IMG/VR virus record: IMGVR_UViG_3300042549_006197
Span: 9,164 to 73,163 of that record
Length of the DNA: 64,000 nucleotides
Strand: one strand, 5' to 3'
From: a virus
Taxonomy: Duplodnaviria > Caudoviricetes
Shown: piece by piece, positions 36,065-46,212 of the stretch
Position numbering within the stretch: the first letter of the stretch is position 1
How the letters are laid out: the number at the start of each line of letters is the position of its first letter
Notes under the pieces: generated by a model
Told to the model about the DNA's origin: nothing
Databases searched by the model: none
What the model saw: only the letters and a program-made list of their open reading frames with translations
Translations under genes and position numbers: made by a program

Positions 36065-36583
36065 TTATTCCATAAGATATTCGGCATTTTTAGTAAACCA
36101 CATTGCCAATGTATATCTTGGATTATTTTTAATTAAATTGACTCCATGTGGATAATAAGAGGGAAAAATAACAACCTTTCCTTTTTTTGGTATGCATGAA
36201 TAATTATGTTTTGGTAAAAAAGTTTCCCCCCCATCATAATCATCATTTAAATAACATATTGAAGTATAGTGTCGCATAATCACATCTGGATGTCCATTAT
36301 CAACATGAATTTTCATATTCATTTCTGGATACCATTTTACAATATCACAAAATTCGGGAAATATAAATTCTTGATATTGAATATATGCTTGTTGTGTTAC
36401 TTTGTAGATAACAGATTTTATTTTTTTTCTCAATGGCACATCTCCAATTTCGGAAATACAAAGAGTTCTTCCACTGAAAAAATCTATATTTTGAGATGTG
36501 GTTCTTTTTTGAGAATATTCAAAATACTCAATTATATTATTGCATAAATTTTTTTCTATGAGATCTGGAAATTCATGAATCAT
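36065..36583 (-). CDS. 2OG-Fe(II) oxygenase (prolyl hydroxylase-like)
   Basis: HVD, YLNDDYDGGE, FPS..PHGV, RYTLAMW. Confidence 0.88.
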   Translation of the reverse strand: MIHEFPDLIEKNLCNNIIEYFEYSQKRTTSQNIDFFSGRTLCISEIGDVPLRKKIKSVIYKVTQQAYIQYQEFIFPEFCDIVKWYPEMNMKIHVDNGHPDVIMRHYTSICYLNDDYDGGETFLPKHNYSCIPKKGKVVIFPSYYPHGVNLIKNNPRYTLAMWFTKNAEYLME

Positions 36584-37959
36584 CAGAATTTAAATCCTTC
36601 AAATGATTTTTTTGGTTTCTTTTCTTCGTAATCATACTCCTCTTCTTTCTTATTGTCAAGGATATCATCTTGAGCAGATTGTTCACAATCATAAAGACGC
36701 ATCTTAGCGCGATCAATTCCAATCACAAAACGTTTATGAATAGTAGGATCATTATAACGATTCTTTAATTGCTTTACAAGAATTTGTCCAAGTCCCTCAA
36801 GTTCTTCTGTACTGATCAGAGCAAACATAAGGTCAGCAGTAGCAGGAAGACCAAAGGATTCTGAGGTATCAGTAAGTTCAACGTCAGAGCTTCCATAACC
36901 AGAACGAGTGGTTTGAGTAGCAGAGACAATCGGAACATTAAATTCAACTGCAAGTCCCCTAAGTTCCTCAGCAATTGCCTTGATATACGAATAAGAGTTA
37001 ACAGAAAGATTTCCCTTATAACGTGAAGATGCACAAATATTCAAATAGTCGATGAAAATAATATCTGGTTTAAATGACTTCTTAAGTGCGAGTTCATTAA
37101 GAAGTGATTTAAAATGTCCGCTGTGTGCAGATGCAGTTGGATACTCTTTAATGATTAGAGTGCCTTGAGTTTTCTTTGCAAGGTTAGTTACTTTATTTTC
37201 AAAGATTTGCCTCGGCAATTCTGAGATTTCTTGGATAGGGACGTTAAGGAGATTTGCATCAACTCGTTCTGCAATTCGCTCCTCAGCCATTTCAAGAGTG
37301 ATATAGAGAACGTTTTTTCCTTGCAATAAGACGGAAGCAGCCACATGGCACATGAATAAAGATTTTCCGACACCCGTACCAGCAAGAGCGATGTTGAGAG
37401 TCTTATTAGGGAGACCGCCTTTTGTAATCTTGTTAAAGAACTCAAGGTCAAACTCAATCTTTTCTTCCTTTTTGTGATATGACTCGTAACGTTGCTCATA
37501 GTCTTCTAAGTAATCGTGACCTACATGATTATCAAAAGAAACTGCTAAAGCATCTGACAGAATACTAGGAATGCTATCCCGATTCTTTTTTTCGTCTTTG
37601 CCATCAGCAATATGAATAGACTCCATAAGAGCCAAATAAATTGCACGATCACGACACCACTTTTCTGTAGTATCGACAATCCAATTCATTTCAATAGGTA
37701 CATCATTAAGATTATCAATCAAATGGACAATCTCTTTAAATGATGTATCCGTAATATCTTTACGATTCTCTACTTCGATGCAAAGAATTTCCTTTGTTGC
37801 AAGTTTGTTATATTCTTGTACAAAGGAAACAATCTCTTCGAATACAATTTTTTGATTTGCATCTTCAAAATATTCAGATTTGATGAACGGTAAAACTTTT
37901 CTTAAATACTCCTCATTATATAATAAATTTCTAAGAATTAGAAATTCAACTTGCTCCAT
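36583..37959 (-). CDS. gp41: replicative DNA helicase
   Basis: AGTGVGKS, LEMAEE, IDYLN, ATQTTRSG, QLKNRY. Confidence 0.96.
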   Translation of the reverse strand: MEQVEFLILRNLLYNEEYLRKVLPFIKSEYFEDANQKIVFEEIVSFVQEYNKLATKEILCIEVENRKDITDTSFKEIVHLIDNLNDVPIEMNWIVDTTEKWCRDRAIYLALMESIHIADGKDEKKNRDSIPSILSDALAVSFDNHVGHDYLEDYEQRYESYHKKEEKIEFDLEFFNKITKGGLPNKTLNIALAGTGVGKSLFMCHVAASVLLQGKNVLYITLEMAEERIAERVDANLLNVPIQEISELPRQIFENKVTNLAKKTQGTLIIKEYPTASAHSGHFKSLLNELALKKSFKPDIIFIDYLNICASSRYKGNLSVNSYSYIKAIAEELRGLAVEFNVPIVSATQTTRSGYGSSDVELTDTSESFGLPATADLMFALISTEELEGLGQILVKQLKNRYNDPTIHKRFVIGIDRAKMRLYDCEQSAQDDILDNKKEEEYDYEEKKPKKSFEGFKF

Positions 37960-38953
37960 AACTAAATTCCTTTTGTGCGATTTCGTCCAACTGTTGCATC
38001 ACTTCTTCAGTGAAATATTGATCAGGATTCTTTAGAATCTCTTTTGCGTAAAGTTTTTTACCATTAATCTCATAACGCCCAGCAACGTTCTTCCAGAGTC
38101 CACCAATCTCACCAAGTTCCAAAAGACCATAGTAACGATCAAGACCGCGCTCATCATAATACAGACGGACTTCAACGTCTTTATTTTCCTTACTCAAACG
38201 CGACTTAGCAGTCTTAGCTTTGATAATATTGCCGACCACTTCTGTTCCATCTTTCTCTTTCTTTTTGCTGAGATAGATGATCGTAGATGCTGCATATTTG
38301 AGTCCAGAACCTCCGCCCATTTCTTTTGTTGGTACGTAAGCTCCAATGACATCGTATGTATGATTTGTGACAATGAGCGGAACATTTGCTTGGCCTAATT
38401 TGAGTGTGAGCATTCGAAATGCACCTTTGACAAGTTGCGATTTAGTCATGTCACGAACTTGCTTGTCATTCAGTGCATCAGTAATTTCTTTCTCGGTGGA
38501 AAGCATACCCAAAGAGTCTAACACAAAAATACAAGGTTTGCGTTCTTCTACAGGTTTTTTTAAGTAAATGTCTACTGCCTTAAGTGCCTTAGTACGAAAC
38601 TCTTCGATTGTCACTACATTAACAACAACCGTTCTATCAGTATCCACTCCACGAGATTCTAAGAGTGACTTGGTAATAGCAGCCTCAGTATCAAAGTAGA
38701 GACAATAACCATCGGGATTAATATCAAGAAAGTTCTTAACCACTGCGAGAGAGAAAAAAGTCTTTCCAGTAGAAGACTCTCCAGCAATAGCAGTAATCTT
38801 ATTCCCAGATACACCACCAAATATGCTACCCGAAACCAGTGCATTAAAAACGTATGAACCTGTATCCACATACGTTTCAGTTTCGTCAATATCTGATGCT
38901 AACTTGGTGTAGTCATCACCAATTTCTTTTACAATATCCTTTAAAAAGTCCAT
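37946..38953 (-). CDS. uvsX: RecA-like recombinase
   Basis: GESSTGKT, FDTE, LDSLG, MGGGSG. Confidence 0.95.
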   Translation of the reverse strand: MDFLKDIVKEIGDDYTKLASDIDETETYVDTGSYVFNALVSGSIFGGVSGNKITAIAGESSTGKTFFSLAVVKNFLDINPDGYCLYFDTEAAITKSLLESRGVDTDRTVVVNVVTIEEFRTKALKAVDIYLKKPVEERKPCIFVLDSLGMLSTEKEITDALNDKQVRDMTKSQLVKGAFRMLTLKLGQANVPLIVTNHTYDVIGAYVPTKEMGGGSGLKYAASTIIYLSKKKEKDGTEVVGNIIKAKTAKSRLSKENKDVEVRLYYDERGLDRYYGLLELGEIGGLWKNVAGRYEINGKKLYAKEILKNPDQYFTEEVMQQLDEIAQKEFSYGAS

Positions 38954-38959
38954 AATAGT

Positions 38960-39598
38960 TTATAATCGCGGAGTAATAACATCAAATGCAATGGTAATTC
39001 TAGGTTTAAATGAATAATGTGGAGTTGTATAATGAAAAATATATGAGGGAAATATAGTCATTTCTCCGTTTTGATTTTCAATATCGATAACATCTGGATC
39101 ATTTAATTGATTTATTGGTGACATATACACTGTTGAAGTATTTTTTACCTGGACATTAAAATGTCCACTCAAATAACAAAACGGTCGCGTAGAATGCATA
39201 TGTGGTTTTATTTTTTGACCAAATCTCAAAACATTGTACCAACACTGTATTCTCAATTGATTTGGAGTATTATTTCCACACTCACTATTATATTCAATTA
39301 AATTTTTAATTATATTTTGTTTTAATTTTGGTATCTCTGGATGATCCCAAGTCAAAATATTATATTGATTTGCCCTTGATGTAGTGCTATTTGAGCCCAA
39401 TCCAGTATATCCATCAAATATTTTTTCCTCTTCGTAAAATTGTATAGGAAGTTTTTTTACTTCCCGTTCTTTTCTTAATAAAAATTGAGAAAGAGATTTA
39501 GTATCAATATCTTCACACAAAGAAGTTCCAACTCGGAAATCCCAAGTTGGTGCATAAGGAGTTAAAGGGGGATCACTTGAAAATCTTTTAAAATTCAT
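38960..39598 (-). CDS. putative 2OG-Fe(II) oxygenase
   Basis: WYNV..PHMH..LSG..FPSY..H..RITIAFD. Confidence 0.82.
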   Translation of the reverse strand: MNFKRFSSDPPLTPYAPTWDFRVGTSLCEDIDTKSLSQFLLRKEREVKKLPIQFYEEEKIFDGYTGLGSNSTTSRANQYNILTWDHPEIPKLKQNIIKNLIEYNSECGNNTPNQLRIQCWYNVLRFGQKIKPHMHSTRPFCYLSGHFNVQVKNTSTVYMSPINQLNDPDVIDIENQNGEMTIFPSYIFHYTTPHYSFKPRITIAFDVITPRL

Positions 39599-39762
39599 TA
39601 TACTACTATCCCATATTGTTCGCGTAAAATTTTTTTATACGGAAGTTTTTGATCTTTAAGTTCTTTAACAAGTTTAAGTTTTTGATACAATGCCACATCA
39701 CCTCCAAAAGCCATGGCATTAATAATCGTATTTAGTTCTTCATCGGTGATTGGTAAATCCAT
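39598..39762 (-). CDS. hypothetical protein (54 aa)
   Basis: Manual translation MDLPITDEELNTIINAMAFGGDVALYQKLKLVKEL. Confidence 0.7.
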   Translation of the reverse strand: MDLPITDEELNTIINAMAFGGDVALYQKLKLVKELKDQKLPYKKILREQYGIVV

Positions 39763-40377
39763 TTATAAAACTCTCAAATTTGCACTAATTGTAATTCTTG
39801 GGTCCTCGGTTTTTTGTACTAATACTCCATGAGGAACATATGACGGAAAAATTATTAGATCATCTTCTTTAACATTCAATTCATGACAGATGTGTACAAT
39901 TGAATGATTTATATCATCACGATTATAAACATTTTTTATTTTTTTATTGCAGGAATAATATGCATGATAATTTGTATAATTGTGAAATGTTATTTTTGGA
40001 TGAGTATCATTAATTCTTAAAAAATAAACGAAACTATATATCGTTCTATCATTGCTAATATGATCATGATATTCTTGATTGTATCCGTTTAAATAATAAT
40101 TATACCATATATCATGTATTTCATAATTATGGAAATTCAAATTTAATTGTTTAGAAAATTTTTCATATTCTCTTTTAAAAGATAAAATTATAGAAGAAAA
40201 ATCAATATTATTGTTTTCTAATAAACTTGTATGAACTTTACACCCCCAATATGGGTGCAAATAATCTTTATTTTCTATAAAATTTTTTTGAATCTGATTA
40301 AAAATATCAGTTTTAATTGATTCTTCAAGGTTTAAAGAAGTTTTCCATATTTTAGATGGAAATAAATTTTGAATCAT
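39763..40377 (-). CDS. putative 2OG-Fe(II) oxygenase
   Basis: LFPS, WYNYY..QEYHDH, FPSYVPHGV, RITISAN; ATGA overlap with the gp43 stop. Confidence 0.85.
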   Translation of the reverse strand: MIQNLFPSKIWKTSLNLEESIKTDIFNQIQKNFIENKDYLHPYWGCKVHTSLLENNNIDFSSIILSFKREYEKFSKQLNLNFHNYEIHDIWYNYYLNGYNQEYHDHISNDRTIYSFVYFLRINDTHPKITFHNYTNYHAYYSCNKKIKNVYNRDDINHSIVHICHELNVKEDDLIIFPSYVPHGVLVQKTEDPRITISANLRVL

Positions 40378-42869
40378 GAGAAAAAAGAATCTAAATTCAC
40401 AGTTTTTTCCACATTCCAACCAATCGCATCTAGGATTGATTTCAGTGGTTCAAGAAATGCTTTCTCAAATTGTAGGTCATGATCCACATATTTGTCAAGA
40501 CCCAGTTCTTTGGGAAAGTCTTGAATAAAAGAAATAATATTTTCTTGAATAGTATTCGGTTTTTTCAAATATACAAACTTAATCTTTTCACCATTTCCAA
40601 TCAAAGAATACTTATTCGTAAGTTTTTTCTGTTTGACATAATGATTGAACAGTAAAGCTCCACGCACATGAATGGGTGTACCCTTACTATAAATTTCTGA
40701 TGAAGAATGATATTTTTGAACATCAGATGCTGTTCTTGGGAAGGCAATATCTTCTGGGCGAAGCGATCTAAACTGTTCACGACACTTATCAATAAAATTA
40801 ATCACATCATCTTCACTACCAGTCATCATGATCTTAAGAGCATCTTTAATCATTTTACGACAAGGTGCTGGTGTAGATGATTTGACTGCTTCTATTCCCA
40901 TGATCTTAAGTTTGGGTTCAGAATATGCAACACCTTCACTGTTCCACACATTCAGAATGTAGCGTTTCTTTGCAGTCCAGATTCCACGATCTGCAATATT
41001 CTCACGCTTCATCTGCATCTTCTGATCGTATGCATTCACATAGTCAGCCAATTCTTGGTAAGAACCTTCAATATACTTTTCAAGTTCCATTTCACAGACC
41101 TTATCAAGGAATGAAACAATGCTCTCAGTAGTTTTCTCTCTTGACTTGAATACACATTCAACCAAAGGACCCATATTAAGGTATATAGAATCAGTATCTG
41201 AAGCAATAACGTAATCAACATCATTTGTCTTTAGAATTTTATTGAGATAAGAATTCATCTTTCCTTCAATCCAGCGGATACTGACTTGTCCAGAAAGAGT
41301 AATTGCCTCGGCATTGGCTAATTTATAGTAGCGGAAATACTGATTACCGATAGCACCATAAGCAGAGTTAAGAGAAATCTTTTTTGCCATCTGGATGTTG
41401 TTGCATCTTGCAATTTCCTTTTCCAGTTCTTTCGTCGGAGTTTTTTCATACTTCTTTTTTGCCTCAATCATTTTCTTTTTGAAAATGACTCGTTCATTAT
41501 ACATCTTCTCCATGAGTTCTGGCAGGAACCCACGAACATCCTTACGGAACATTGCTCCGTTAGCACAAACTGCTTGATCTTTATAGAGTTCAAAATTAAT
41601 TTCTTGATTTAAGATCCTTTCAACATTTGCAGTGGGATGTCTTTCGTCCAGGAGGGTTTCTGGCGAAATGTTGTACTGCATAATAAGATGGGGATAAAGA
41701 GAATTAAGGTCAAAGTTGACCACCCAATCATATACCCCAGGATTCGGTTCCTTAACATATGCTCCCGCATACTTAGTGTCCTTTGCTGTACGTTCTTTAG
41801 GCGGAATTACAATATTCCTCTTCTTTAGATAGTTATAAATGATGTTATCCCACATGCGAACTTGATAGAAAACGTCACCAAAGTTTACCTTTGCATCGAA
41901 AGCCATGGTGAGAGCAAGTTCAATCAGTTTCATCTTGTCTTCCAGACGGTCAACAAGTTCCACGTCAACAATATTGTACTCTACAAACTTCTGCCAACCT
42001 TTGCTGTAGAAGTCTTTAAACGTATCAAACTCTGAGTGATCCAGTTTTTTCTGACCAAGTTCAACTTCGGCAATGTGATCTAGGCGATATGATTCTTGAG
42101 CTTTATAAGTGAACTTTTTATAGAGATCCAAATAATCAAGTTGAGTAATACCACCGACATCAAAATAAATCTGCTTTCTACCGCTTACATAAATTTCATT
42201 TTCCGTATTCAATCCCCAGGGGGACATACGTTTCATTTGCTTTTCACCCAAAACTCTATTGAGTCTACGGCAAATGTATGGAATATCATAAAGTTGTACG
42301 TTCCATCCAGTAATCACATCTGGATGATTATTGTCCCACCATTCAATAAAAGTTTGTAGTAGATTATACTCATCACCACATTGATGGTAAGTGACATTAT
42401 CTTGTTTATTTTTAAACGGATTCGTACCCCAGGTAATAATCTTTTTTGTATTATAATCCTGAATCGTGATCAGAAGAATTTGTTCCGAGGCCGACTCTAC
42501 ATTTGGAAACCCGTTTTCGGATGCAACCTCAATATCCAAACTGTACAAACGAATTTTAGAAATATCAAACTTAATTTCGTCTTCTGGATATTTTTCAGAA
42601 ATATATTGGGAAACGTATCTATCATTTCCATAGATACGAAACCCGTCCACACCCTCATACTTTTTGTAGAACTCTCTACAATCTCTTACAAATCCGGGTT
42701 GAATCGGTTCAACACTTTCTCCCTCAAGAGTTTTATACTTAGATTCTTTTTTTGTTGGAATAAAAAGAGTTGGAGTATATTCCTCCTTAAACATTACATA
42801 ATTTCCATTATCATATGCACGAACTAAAAACTGATTTCCAATTAATTGTACGTTGGTGTAAAATTTCAT
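40374..42869 (-). CDS. gp43: family B DNA polymerase
   Basis: DIE exonuclease motif, DLNSLYP, KISLNSAYG, SDTDS. Confidence 0.98.
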   Translation of the reverse strand: MKFYTNVQLIGNQFLVRAYDNGNYVMFKEEYTPTLFIPTKKESKYKTLEGESVEPIQPGFVRDCREFYKKYEGVDGFRIYGNDRYVSQYISEKYPEDEIKFDISKIRLYSLDIEVASENGFPNVESASEQILLITIQDYNTKKIITWGTNPFKNKQDNVTYHQCGDEYNLLQTFIEWWDNNHPDVITGWNVQLYDIPYICRRLNRVLGEKQMKRMSPWGLNTENEIYVSGRKQIYFDVGGITQLDYLDLYKKFTYKAQESYRLDHIAEVELGQKKLDHSEFDTFKDFYSKGWQKFVEYNIVDVELVDRLEDKMKLIELALTMAFDAKVNFGDVFYQVRMWDNIIYNYLKKRNIVIPPKERTAKDTKYAGAYVKEPNPGVYDWVVNFDLNSLYPHLIMQYNISPETLLDERHPTANVERILNQEINFELYKDQAVCANGAMFRKDVRGFLPELMEKMYNERVIFKKKMIEAKKKYEKTPTKELEKEIARCNNIQMAKKISLNSAYGAIGNQYFRYYKLANAEAITLSGQVSIRWIEGKMNSYLNKILKTNDVDYVIASDTDSIYLNMGPLVECVFKSREKTTESIVSFLDKVCEMELEKYIEGSYQELADYVNAYDQKMQMKRENIADRGIWTAKKRYILNVWNSEGVAYSEPKLKIMGIEAVKSSTPAPCRKMIKDALKIMMTGSEDDVINFIDKCREQFRSLRPEDIAFPRTASDVQKYHSSSEIYSKGTPIHVRGALLFNHYVKQKKLTNKYSLIGNGEKIKFVYLKKPNTIQENIISFIQDFPKELGLDKYVDHDLQFEKAFLEPLKSILDAIGWNVEKTVNLDSFFS

Positions 42870-43111
42870 TTAGTCAGTTGCTCGTATTTTTCAAGAAGTG
42901 ATGGTTTGGGATCAGTAATTGTAATAATTTTATCAGAGTGAATCATAAAGACATTTTGATTTGTCACCTCAAATAACCAAGGTTCCAAATTTCCATCCTT
43001 TACAACAAAAGGATTTGTCAATTTACAATCAGGTTCTCCCATTTCAGAACCAACTTCTTCTATTTGTGTGATCAAAATTTGATCATCAGATAAAACTAAC
43101 AACTTAATCAT
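42866..43111 (-). CDS. conserved hypothetical protein
   Basis: GEPDCKLTNPF, SDKIITI; typical position between hsp20 and gp43. Confidence 0.75.
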   Translation of the reverse strand: MIKLLVLSDDQILITQIEEVGSEMGEPDCKLTNPFVVKDGNLEPWLFEVTNQNVFMIHSDKIITITDPKPSLLEKYEQLTK

Positions 43112-43207
43112 AGCATTTCTCCAATGCATCTATTCTACCAATAAAAAAGAGGGGAGTCAACTGGATTGTGCCAGTTTCCCCTCTGCGCCGACGATATTCA
43201 ATTCTAT

Positions 43208-43639
43208 TTAGATATAATCTTTTCGTTGATGATGTTGAGGAACAATTTTTTTCAATTCAATTGAAAGAAGTCCGTCTTCAAATTTAACTTCTTTGACTTC
43301 CGTATCATCTGCAATTGTCCATGCTCTCTGGAAACTTCTTTGAGCCACTCCTCTATGGATGTAGTTTGACTCGGAAGATTTATCTTCCTTTTGCCCTTCG
43401 ACAAAAAGTTTTCCATACTCGGTGTACACATGAACTTCCTCCTTTTTAAATCCTGCAAGTGCAAGTTCTAAGCGAGATTCTACATTACTTACTTGAACAA
43501 GATTGTATGGAGGATAATTTGAATTGGATTCAAAGTTAAACAGACGATCAAGGTATTCGTCCATACCAATACTATTGCGAGTAATCTTATCCATCAATGC
43601 AGGAAGATCCGCAGCAGTATAACGTGTAAGGTTAGTCAT
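43208..43639 (-). CDS. hsp20: small heat shock protein
   Basis: NYPPYN, LALAGF, HRGVAQRSF, FEDGLL. Confidence 0.95.
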   Translation of the reverse strand: MTNLTRYTAADLPALMDKITRNSIGMDEYLDRLFNFESNSNYPPYNLVQVSNVESRLELALAGFKKEEVHVYTEYGKLFVEGQKEDKSSESNYIHRGVAQRSFQRAWTIADDTEVKEVKFEDGLLSIELKKIVPQHHQRKDYI

Positions 43640-43715
43640 TATGGTAGCTCCTTTAAAAGCGAGTTTGTGTTTTGTGGACCCTTGCGGCATCCACTACTAA
43701 TTATACAAGAAATAT

Positions 43716-43741
43716 AAAAAAAAGGGAGTGTTGAACTCCCT
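43716..43741 (-). terminator. terminator after regA
   Basis: AGGGAGT-TCAAC-ACTCCCT followed by T-run. Confidence 0.75.
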
Positions 43742-43747
43742 ACAAAA

Positions 43748-44191
43748 TCATTCGGTTTCTTCAACTGATGATTTTTTCTTTCCAATATTATATTTCTGCT
43801 CCAGGATCCACTCACCTTTATCTCTGTGAGCAATTACTTTAATTTGATTCAAAGGAGCAATATCTTGAACCAGATCTTCGTTAACAATAGTGATTAATCC
43901 CCAATCACCAAGTAAACGAACAATTCTATTGCGGCGCTGAACATCGTTTACAGTAAGATTTGCATACTTGCCATCAAGGGCAAATAATTCCTTAAAGTGA
44001 ACAATATAATACTTACCTTGTTTATGTAAAATGTGACAACTTTGATAGAGTTTTTTCTCTTTTCTTGATGCCACTCCGATACGAGTCAAAGTTTCACGTA
44101 CCTTTAGAAAATCGTCAGGTTCATTTAAAAGGACTTCTACCATCATATGAGGAGCCCAATTTACCTGAGGTTCAGTTGTTTGGTTTACCAT
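43748..44191 (-). CDS. regA: translational repressor RegA
   Basis: FLKVRETLTRIG, LYQSCHILHKQG, HFKELFALDG. Confidence 0.96.
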   Translation of the reverse strand: MVNQTTEPQVNWAPHMMVEVLLNEPDDFLKVRETLTRIGVASRKEKKLYQSCHILHKQGKYYIVHFKELFALDGKYANLTVNDVQRRNRIVRLLGDWGLITIVNEDLVQDIAPLNQIKVIAHRDKGEWILEQKYNIGKKKSSVEETE

Positions 44192-44555
44192 TGTTTCCAC
44201 CAGTTTCAAGTCGTTTTTTTATGAAGTCGATTTGTTGTTTAGATAAAATCCTCAAAGCTTGAGATGCTTTTTCATTACTATAACCATAGTACTGCTTAAT
44301 GCATTCTAAATCTTTGATATTATCTTTTCGGATCCAAGGAGAGAATCTCTTTTTTTTCCTTAGACTATTTAGATAAAAGGAATATTGTAGATTTTTATCG
44401 AGATGATGATTCATGTTCATTTCATTTGCAAACATGATGCAATCAATATGTCCAGATAAACATCTATTGATAATATATGGTGGATAAGATTTTATCTCTT
44501 CAGATAAATCTTCTTTTGTAAAGTTAATTGAATTTAACCAGTCTTTGAGTTCCAT
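44172..44555 (-). CDS. gp62: clamp loader small subunit
   Basis: YPPYIINRCLS, ANEMN, YYGYSNEKA. Confidence 0.93.
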   Translation of the reverse strand: MELKDWLNSINFTKEDLSEEIKSYPPYIINRCLSGHIDCIMFANEMNMNHHLDKNLQYSFYLNSLRKKKRFSPWIRKDNIKDLECIKQYYGYSNEKASQALRILSKQQIDFIKKRLETGGNNGKPNN

Positions 44556-45670
44556 TATCTAATAATTTGAATTTCATCATCATCTGTCCAGAGTTCGACC
44601 TTAGTTCTGAATCGGTTTTCTTCCTTTAATTTTTTATATCGTTTTACTGCTTTCTTCTTCCACCAAGAAATAATATTTTCTACATAAAACTTATCCCAAT
44701 TTAAACCACGAAGAAGTTCTTTCTGTTCGCCAAGAATTACTTCCCTAACATTTGAATAACCATAATCGCAGATATAAAATCTTTTCTTTTGAGTTAATGC
44801 AAATGCGGCGCCAATTACAGAATTAAATTCAGCAAGTTTTTGTTTATCTTGAAGTGAATTGCGAATAATGGAAATCATCTTTGTCTGGCGCTTCATCTTT
44901 TTGGATGAAGCTTTGTTATCCGTCAATGGAGTATTATTATTCAATAAAGTAAATCTGTCATGCAACTTATGGAATACCTCATCATGAAGAAGCGGAAGAA
45001 ATTTACTTTCTGTCAATCCTTTGTACCGCATAAAAGGTTTTAGACCATCATACTGAGATGCATCTGTTGTGGATCCATAAAGAGATGTAGTTTCAAACAG
45101 AGCAATATCCTTTTCAAATATTTCATTTAGAGACTCTCTTGCAAGATGCGAGCAACAAAGAAGAGCAAGAAGTTTACCACCAAGATAGTTGTATCCAAAA
45201 GGTTGTGATGGAACAATTACAAATCCCATGGCTGCATGTCTATTAAAGATAGTAAGATCTGGTGACTTGCCCAACCATTCATTTCTGGGTTTTGAATTGA
45301 TTGTGGGTGAACCGAAACGAATAAATCCAAGAACTTTTTTGGTGTTCTTTTCAAACACCATCCAACGCAATTCGCGTCCAGGAATGTTTGATTCATTATT
45401 ATGTGAAGAAACTGCTCTCAGAAGATTGACATAATGTTCTTGAGGAACAGAATTTTGAAATCTAGTTCCAACAAACTTAATATCAAAATCCATTTCTTCT
45501 GGATGAATATCTTCATTAAAAAATTCGTCATGCAATGATACAAGAGAACTTGTAGATGCAATCACTTCTCTTTTCACAAATCTCAAATAGTCTTCAATGT
45601 TAGACATATGAGAAAAATATTCAATAAATTCATTTGCAGCCCAAACTGCATCACTTTCACTAATAATCAT
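44555..45670 (-). CDS. DUF4338 (DruA-like) domain protein
   Basis: PGR.L, GFI..GSP, VPSQPFGYNYLGGKLLALL, TTSLYG..SQY. Confidence 0.6.
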   Translation of the reverse strand: MIISESDAVWAANEFIEYFSHMSNIEDYLRFVKREVIASTSSLVSLHDEFFNEDIHPEEMDFDIKFVGTRFQNSVPQEHYVNLLRAVSSHNNESNIPGRELRWMVFEKNTKKVLGFIRFGSPTINSKPRNEWLGKSPDLTIFNRHAAMGFVIVPSQPFGYNYLGGKLLALLCCSHLARESLNEIFEKDIALFETTSLYGSTTDASQYDGLKPFMRYKGLTESKFLPLLHDEVFHKLHDRFTLLNNNTPLTDNKASSKKMKRQTKMISIIRNSLQDKQKLAEFNSVIGAAFALTQKKRFYICDYGYSNVREVILGEQKELLRGLNWDKFYVENIISWWKKKAVKRYKKLKEENRFRTKVELWTDDDEIQIIR

Positions 45671-46212
45671 TTTGAATACATTGGAATACTAATGCTCAAT
45701 CTGTCAGAAAGTGGTTCAAACAAATGAAATTGCAAGGAAGGAATAAAAATTGAATTTCCTGGTTCAAGAATATACAACTCTTTAATGGTTACGTTTGCAT
45801 CAGGAAATACTCCGGCACAATCCGAAAATTCATTATAAACAGTAACTTTTGATTTACCAATACACTGGACAATTAAATTATCTGGATTATCGGCATGAAT
45901 AGAAAAAGATCGACTCCCAAATTTTCCCATGTAAATATGAGATTGTGCATTAACATTATTATTATTTTCTACTTCTTCGATTACTTTTCTAACTTCAGGA
46001 GTTACACAACTTCCATGTACAATAAAGGAATAACATTCTTCCCACAAATTTTTTAAAACAGCCATATCATAACGTTTTTCCCAAGGAGTTTGCATGATAT
46101 AAATGCTTGGGGAAATTCTCTGTCCCGTTTCTGGATGAAGTATTTCTACAACATCGTCAGTAACATAAGTTGTTTCAATAAAATACCAAATTTGTTCAAA
46201 TGTGATGATCAT
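45667..46212 (-). CDS. JmjC/cupin-like oxygenase
   Basis: HIY...SFSIHAD..NLIVQCIG.S, LEPGNSIFIP...H...RLSISI. Confidence 0.75.
   Translation of the reverse strand: MIITFEQIWYFIETTYVTDDVVEILHPETGQRISPSIYIMQTPWEKRYDMAVLKNLWEECYSFIVHGSCVTPEVRKVIEEVENNNNVNAQSHIYMGKFGSRSFSIHADNPDNLIVQCIGKSKVTVYNEFSDCAGVFPDANVTIKELYILEPGNSIFIPSLQFHLFEPLSDRLSISIPMYSK

Noticed and set aside
25756-42869. Introns or inteins in nrdA, nrdB, gp41 or gp43
   Set aside because: All are uninterrupted and of normal length, with no intein motifs.
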